Part shown: positions 57,301-64,000 of the stretch, in pieces
Position numbering within the stretch: position 1 is the stretch's first letter
Layout of the letters: every line of letters starts with the position of its first letter
From: the human T2T-CHM13v2.0 reference genome, Homo sapiens
Direction: 5' to 3' (one strand)
DNA: 64,000 nucleotides
Assembly (NCBI RefSeq): GCF_009914755.1
Contig: NC_060926.1
Notes under the pieces: model-generated
The model's database searches: none
Seen by the model: only the letters and a program-made list of their open reading frames with translations
What the model was told of the DNA's origin: nothing
Made by a program: the position numbers and the translations under genes

Positions 57301-57519
57301 TGAGATGAAAGATAAAATACAAAACAAAACAAGAAAATTCCTTTAAAATCAGAAGATAATCTATCAGTTTATTTATTTATTTTTCCACAGAGAATTTTGG
57401 TTGTCACATCAGCTTAATTTAAATGAAATCTTTTTTGTTTTTGGAGACATTTCAACATTTTATATATATAAAGTAATATATATTAATATATAATATACAT
57501 ATAAAGTATGTATATGTTT

Positions 57520-57860
57520 CCCTTATTTACTGAGGCATAATTTACATATGATAAAATTCACTCATTTTAAGTATACAATTTAATGTATTTTGGCAATTGC
57601 ATATATCTAGGTGACCACCAGCAAAACCAAGTCTTAGAATATTTCTATCATTCTAAAAAGTTTCCTTGCACCCCTTTGTAGTCAATTTTCTCCTTAGGCC
57701 ACCAGTGTCAGGCAACCATTAAGTCTGTTTTCTGGCACTATATTTTTGTTATTTCTAGCACTTCATGTAAATGGAATCATATAATATATAATCTTTTGTG
57801 TTTGACTTTCCTCTTTTTTATTTTGGAGATTCACCCATGGTGTTGTATATTTTATATAAG
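57520..57860 (-). mobile_element. L1MB-type 3' end fragment
   Basis: GAGGCATAATTTACATATGATAAAATTCAC...CATGTAAATGGAATCATATAATAT. Confidence 0.7.
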
Positions 57861-57962
57861 TTAAAGTGCAATCATTATTAACAAGACTAAGGAATTTTCA
57901 CCTTATTTATCTGCCCGTGAAGAGGAATTCAGTCTTTGCCATCTCAGGAGAGTTAATTATTC

Positions 57963-58337
57963 ATATGGACAGAACACTCCTGCTCCCACAAATGAATTTG
58001 TTGAGGCTCTAGCCCTCAATATGATGGTATTTGGAGATGGAGTCTTTGGAAGATAATTAGGATTAGATGAGGTTATAAGGGTAGGACCCTGATGATGGGA
58101 TCAGTGCTCTTGTAAGAAGAGAAAGAGAGGCCCAAACTCTTTCTGTCTCTCTTCCATGTGAGGACACAGTGAGAAGGTGGCCATCTTCAAGCCTAGAAGA
58201 AAGCCCTCACTGGGGAACTGATTAGGCTGGCACCTTGATTTTGGGCTTCCCAGCCTCCAGATCTGTGAGAAGTAAATTTCTGGGGTTTAAGCTCTGCAGT
58301 TTATGGTATTTTGTTATGGCAGCCCAAGTTGACAAAT
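57963..58337 (+). mobile_element. MLT1A-like solo LTR
   Basis: ATGATGGTATTTGGAGATGG...CCATGTGAGGACACAGTGAGAAGGTGGCC...TTTTGTTATGGCAGCCC. Confidence 0.8.
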
Positions 58338-58462
58338 ATCTTTAAGATTTGTATTTTTGGTATTTTTCTGGCAGAGAGTTGGGAGAATGGAAAGTGGAAG
58401 ATAGAATTATAGATACAGGAGGGAAAAAGGAACTCAACCAGAGAGACTAAGATGACCTACAT

Positions 58463-58630
58463 CAGTGGTACTCAAAGAGTGATCCCTGAACCATCAGTAT
58501 CACCTGAGCACATGCTAGAAATGAAAATTTTTGTGTGCCATCAGAGACCTCCAGAATCAGAAACTCTGGCATGAAGCCACCAATCTGTGTTTTAACAGGC
58601 TCGCCAGGTGATGCTGATGCACATTAAACA
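58463..58630. mobile_element. MER5A-like MITE (similar copies at ~10900-11060 and ~21100-21270)
   Basis: CAGTGGTACTCAAAG...GAATCAGAAACTCTGG...CAATCTGTGTTTTAACA...CCAGGTGATGCTGATGCAC. Confidence 0.7.
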
Positions 58631-61600
58631 CTTAACATAAAAAAGGACTGTATTGAGAGAAGAGAAGAGGAAGAAGGCTGATACATCAGATGGGCTAAAG
58701 GTAGAAGAAGCTTCAGACAGAGCCCCAGTAGCAGCTGTGACTTATGAAGGAAGTAAAGATTTAAGTTAGCATTTCTGTAGATTAGGTATCGAGATCTCTT
58801 TCTGGTTTTCAAGACACAAGGCTCTGAGTCATTTTGAAATTGTCCTTGTGTTTTTGCGTGTGTTTGGTAGTACTTTTTTGAGCCTGTGCACATGTGACCT
58901 GGATTCATAAGATATATATATATATATACACACACACAAACACACATCGGTTTATTCTCTACTCCACAAGTATAATTGTCCAAATGGGGGTATTGATAAA
59001 TGAAGTCTGCATTAAACTAGAACTTGTCTTATACTTTTTCACAGTATTTATACAATTTTTTTTTTAATTTTTAGCATGACGGGACACTATGAGTGAAAGA
59101 AGAAAAACTTTGCAAGGCTCTGACATTAAGAAGGAGGGTGATGAAAATTTTGAGTGGCTTGCACATGTTGTATAGGAACCATGGCTTCACAGCCCTGGGC
59201 AGATGCTTGAAGCAAAGGCGCAGAACAAAGGATGAACAAGACACATAGGGTGAACATTCAGCTGCTCGCTAGGACTGTAGCTGGAGTGTTTAGTAGATGA
59301 GGGGAATAGTTTGTGCAACGGTAAGCTGATGTTGTATTGATTTTATTTTAATCCTCAATGAAAGAAACTCAACAAGAATACAAAAAAAGAAAAATAAAAC
59401 AAAAAGAACGAAAGCTGATTAAGTGCTGTTAGACTGCTTAAAGAGCACTAAGAAAGCCTGTCTCAAACAACCTGGTTCATGTTATTGCTCAACAAGGGAG
59501 AGAGCTGCTAAGAGTAAAGCCTTAATGGTATCTTGAAAAAAACTTTGGGTTTTTATGAGCCTAGGATTGTAATTAGGTTTAGAGCTTGAGTGGTTTGGGG
59601 ATGGGACTTAACAATTTGGGATTAGGTAAAGCAGGCCAGTTGAAGTCACTTTAATTGACATGGGAGCATAGAGCAGGGTTTTTAGCAATTGTTACACTTA
59701 GTGTCTTAGGGTGTTTGCTTTTATCTTTCAAAGCAGTCTGTGGCAAAGCGAGCTGGGTCTTGCTTATCCACACTCTTGGTAAACATCCAACTTTAGTTTT
59801 CTAAGTTCAGTTCTAATTTCTCAGTCTTTATTTCTCATAAGAAACCATAACAAGAGACTATTTTAAACTTTTGGTAGCTTCCACTTTTTACACATTTACA
59901 TATCATCTAAAAATGCTAAGTCAATATTAAGTCCATTTTGTACTGTGCTTTGACAAGTATTAATCTGATATTATCAATTACCCCCATTCTTCTTCAGTTA
60001 TCTCAGATCAGAATATGATGATATTCTAAAATTTCTTGTACAACTCTTGGCCACTTATTTGCAGAGTTTCTGATTTTAGCTGTTTTAATTATATTATCTT
60101 GTCTACCTCTGCATTTTTAAATTACAAACAAATATAAAAGTATTCCCAATCTTTTTTAGTCTCTTCTTATAAGCAGCTGTCAATCCCTTTATTATTTATT
60201 CACTTTACTCATCCCTGAACCCTTAAAAGATATACAAACAGCAGGAGATTAATTGATGTATTTTCCTAGCGGATTTAGTGCAAACTATATCAGTTATTTC
60301 TGTAACTTGAGAAGTGACTGCTAAGAAAAAAAAAATGTTGCCTCTATTTTGCAGTACTCATGGCCTGTCCAAAGAAGTTAGCAGCTAAAACAGCATTCAG
60401 TATTTAATCTGGGGATAAAGCCAAGAATTAGGTAGAAAATCTTGCAAAGCAGATTAGATTTGCAATCTGAAAGCCCACACAGCCAGCTGGGCAAAGAAAT
60501 ATTAATTGTGTACTGAAATGCGATTTCTGACATTTCTTTTAGTCTCAGGGATGAGCAATGAAAACATGATCCTCTTTGAGCTTCAGAGGAGCTTACAGTA
60601 AATTCCAAAATATGAAAAGAGATGTGGTATTTTTATTACCACTATATCATTATCTTTCATTAACAGCTGTAATTAGTCTGAGCCAGACTGTCATCTGCTA
60701 TTGAAATATCTGAAACAAATTAGACATAAGATATGTTACGGGAACAAGATTGGGAGACTGAAAATTTACACAAATGAGGCCTTCTGAAATGATGAACACA
60801 AGTCATAATAATGTTTCTGAAATAAATCAAAAACAAGACAAAAGAGAGAATGAAATCAATCAGGAGGATAGAAACCAGAATACCAGCACCTCAAAAAGTT
60901 TAATCACCATACTATAAAATCCAACTGTGGAAGGGCACTACAATTTTTATTACAATGACCAGGAGCTCTTGTAATAGCACTACTTAAGATTTAGTCTAAA
61001 CAATAGAGAAAGGATCAGTTGAAGATAAGCTGTAACAGCTCACATTTGACTTTCAATGTTCTCACAACAGTTACCAGGAAAGTTTGTAGAAATTCTCCTG
61101 AAGATACTATGTTGCATTTGGTCCATAAAATATAGTATAGAAAACACTTAAGAAATGCTTAAATTTGTTGTGCTGTTTTAGCTTTCAAATGTAGTCCTCT
61201 GTCCCATAATCCCCTCCTTCTTTATGCTCCTCCTCCTCAATGACCCTCAACTCTTGGATCACAACTACCTTTCCTTCCATTCTTCCATCTCTCACTTCCT
61301 CCTCCTCCCCTCACCCTCTTCTTCTTCCTTTAAACAAGCTAATGGCTAAACAAAGTAAGAAACCCACAAACAAAATCAGATGCTCATTCAAGTAAGAACA
61401 TTTCTAATTTATAAATAAACATATAATTTAGTAATTATAAATAAATACTGTTAAGTACTCAAACATTTTAGTAATAGAAGTAACTTCCTAACAAAGCTTA
61501 GAGTATACTGCTTGTAAGTTTACTGCTTTTTTAAAAAAATTATTTAAGCAATTATTAGAAAAGTACTAGAAATGGGTGGTCCAGTTCTTGGTCCAGTTGG

Positions 61601-61811
61601 TCAATTCTGCTGTCTTCTAGCTTTATACTTTGGCCAAATTGCATTAACTTATCTGAGCCCTATTTTCCTCCAATATGCTAGTTGATTAGATATTAAATAC
61701 AATAGTGTATGTAGAGCCCTTAGCATTATACCTGCAGCAAAATAAGACTTCATTGCTATTTCCATCTCCCCACTTTTCTTTGTCTTAATAATACAAAGTA
61801 GTACTGTAGTG

Positions 61812-62345
61812 GTATTAATTTTCTATTGCTGCATAACAAATTACTACACCTTAGTTGCTAAAAACAATACCCATTTATTACCTCACAGTTTCCATGGGTC
61901 AGAAGTCTGAGCATGGTTTAGCTAGTTTCTCTGTTTAGGGTCTCACAAGGCTTCAAGTCAATGTGTCAGTTGGGCTCCGTTCCTTTATGGAGCTTGAGGT
62001 TCTTTTCCAAACTCTTATGGCTGTTGACAGAATTCAGTGCTTGCAGTTGTAGGATTACAGTTCTCCTTCTTGCTAGCTCTCAATGGTGGGACTACTCTCA
62101 GATACTAGAGGTCACTCCCAGTTCCTTGCCACACAGCCCTCTCACAACGTGACACCTCATTTCTTCAAGACACCAGGATCATCTCTCTCTCTCTTCTGCT
62201 AAGATAAAGTTTTATATAATACAACAATCATGAAGGTGATTATCATATTAATAGGTCCCTCTCATTCCCTGTAGAGATAATTCTACAGAGCAGGTACAAC
62301 AAGGGGCAGGGATATTGGGGACCATTTTAGAATTCTTCTACCACA
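61812..62345 (-). mobile_element. MLT1 (F/G-like) LTR
   Basis: GTATTAATTTTCTATTGCTGCATAACAAATTAC...GGGGACCATTTTAGAATTCTTCTACCACA. Confidence 0.7.
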
Positions 62346-62604
62346 GCAGTAAGAGAAACAGTGAGTACTATACAGTTTATAGAGCCCAGGTAGGCTCATT
62401 TAATTAGGGAAGGTGCCATGGAGAGAGTGACATATACTCTGGTGCTTGAAGTTTAGGTAGGCCATGCCCAAAAAGTTTGCAGTAATAATCAAGGAGGTCA
62501 AACAAATCTAGTTCTTAGGAGATTAGAGCGTTTGCCTGCCACCACACCTTGGATAGGTAACTTAACTTTTATAATTCCACATTCTCAGTTATAAAGGTAT
62601 TTTA

Positions 62605-63113
62605 GCATGGCAAAGACTGGTAGTTTTTCCCTTATATCCATTTCCTCCATTTTCCATAGAAGGAGAACCTCAGTTTTCAGCTGGACACGTGACCTGTTGG
62701 AATAAAGATTCTACTTCTAAACTTCCTTTGCAGCTAGATTGGCCACTTGTCTAAGTAGCTAAGTTCTGCCCAATGGGATGTAAACTGATGTAAGTGGTAT
62801 GCTCGACTTCTTGGAAATGTCCTTAGAGAGATAGAATATGCCTCTCTTTTTTCTTTTCTTCTTATGGCTGAATAAAATGTGAACACAATGTTTGTAGATT
62901 TAGCAGCTACATTAAGCCATCAAAGTATCTTGGAAATGGAAGTTATACATAGCAGAGCAACAAGAATGAAGGAGTATGGGTCTCTGTCATCATGAAATGT
63001 CATTCCTGTCTTGGACTATGTTTGTACTTCTTAAACTTGAAAAAAAAAGCCGTTAAACCACAGTTATTTTTGGTTTCTCTGTTACTTGCAGCTTAATCTA
63101 ATTGTAATGAATA
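62605..63113 (+). mobile_element. Old MLT1 (J/K-like) LTR
   Basis: CTAAGTTCTGCCCAATGGGATGTAA...TTAAACCACAGTTATTTTTGGTTTCTCTGTTACTTGCAGC. Confidence 0.55.
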
Positions 63114-64000
63114 CCTCCACTTTATAAAAAATCTATGAAAGCAGCAAGCAATTGAATTCAAAATATATAAATCATTGAGATAAAAAGACATATATATATG
63201 GTTTTAAATGATTGAGTCAGAATAGTATTTTAAAATATTAATTCAGAAGGCATTTGTCATTATGTTTTTGTGACTCATGTCCAGACTTGTTCCTATATTG
63301 GGGAATTCTCCACCTTGTGAATCTCAGTGGTAGGTAGAGTCAACCCGCTGAAAAGCATGGCTTCTAGCTTTCCCAGAAACCCTTGCACCCACGGTAGGGA
63401 CATACGACCTTAGCTTCATTAAAAAGATACTTATCTCCCAGACTCTGAACTGGGGTCTCATGATGCAAAAGAAGACCGGAAGGCACATTCTCTTATGGTG
63501 GTGGCACTTGTAGGAAAGTCTGGTTTTCATGATAGCTGTGGCTGTGTTGTGGAAGGCAGTGTCCAGGGCCCAGAGCTGGTGATGTTGATTTGTCACAGTG
63601 TCTGGAGCTTGGCAGTAATAACAATGATGTCTGCAAAGGACCATTTTTGTCACATAATTTTGTATAAACATACAAAAGCTGGTAGAGTTTCTTAAACCTA
63701 GTTTTTCTGGGCCTCCTGATAATTCTATAAGCTATCTCATATCTTTTTTTATAAAAAAATTTAAAAAATGTATTTTTATTATAAATTGACAAATTAGAGT
63801 TATATATATATTTATGCGGTACAAAGTGATGTTATAATCCAAGAATACAACGAAGAATAATTAAATCAAGAGAATGAACATGCTCTATCCTTTTAATCAA
63901 TTAATTTTCTACTTAAATTAGCCAGTTGTTTTTTGTGTTTTGAAATGAAGAACTCTGACTGATATTTCATGATTGGCTTTTATTCCCTTTGTGGCCATTG

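Overview
Human (hominid) genomic DNA. Bases 1-18.1 kb hold the 5' end of GCFC2 (C2orf3/TCF9) on the minus strand. I reconstructed coding exons 1-6 (codons 1-340) by hand with GT-AG junctions and consistent phases, plus a CpG-island promoter. About 750 bp upstream of the ATG, pointing away from the gene, is a solo LTR12C (ERV9) with a 4-bp TSD. The remaining ~44 kb is repeat-dense with no supportable protein-coding gene. It contains many Alus, an SVA, THE1B/THE1C, MST/MLT LTRs, a TSD-flanked 7.3-kb L1MA-type element, hAT/Tigger MITEs and a decayed class I ERV pol-env remnant. Items worth a second look: a 150-codon +1-frame ORF across GCFC2 exons 1-3; two well-formed plus-strand exon candidates (56.9 and 59.1 kb) that could belong to an LTR12C-driven divergent lncRNA; a cluster of templated insertions and fold-backs at 45.3-48.2 kb; two 5'-inverted L1s; and an Alu-flanked, stop-free 303-nt exon 5-6 circle candidate. 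No prokaryotic-type system (CRISPR, operon) is present. Repeat subfamily names come from recalled consensus sequences, and their boundaries are approximate unless a TSD is quoted.
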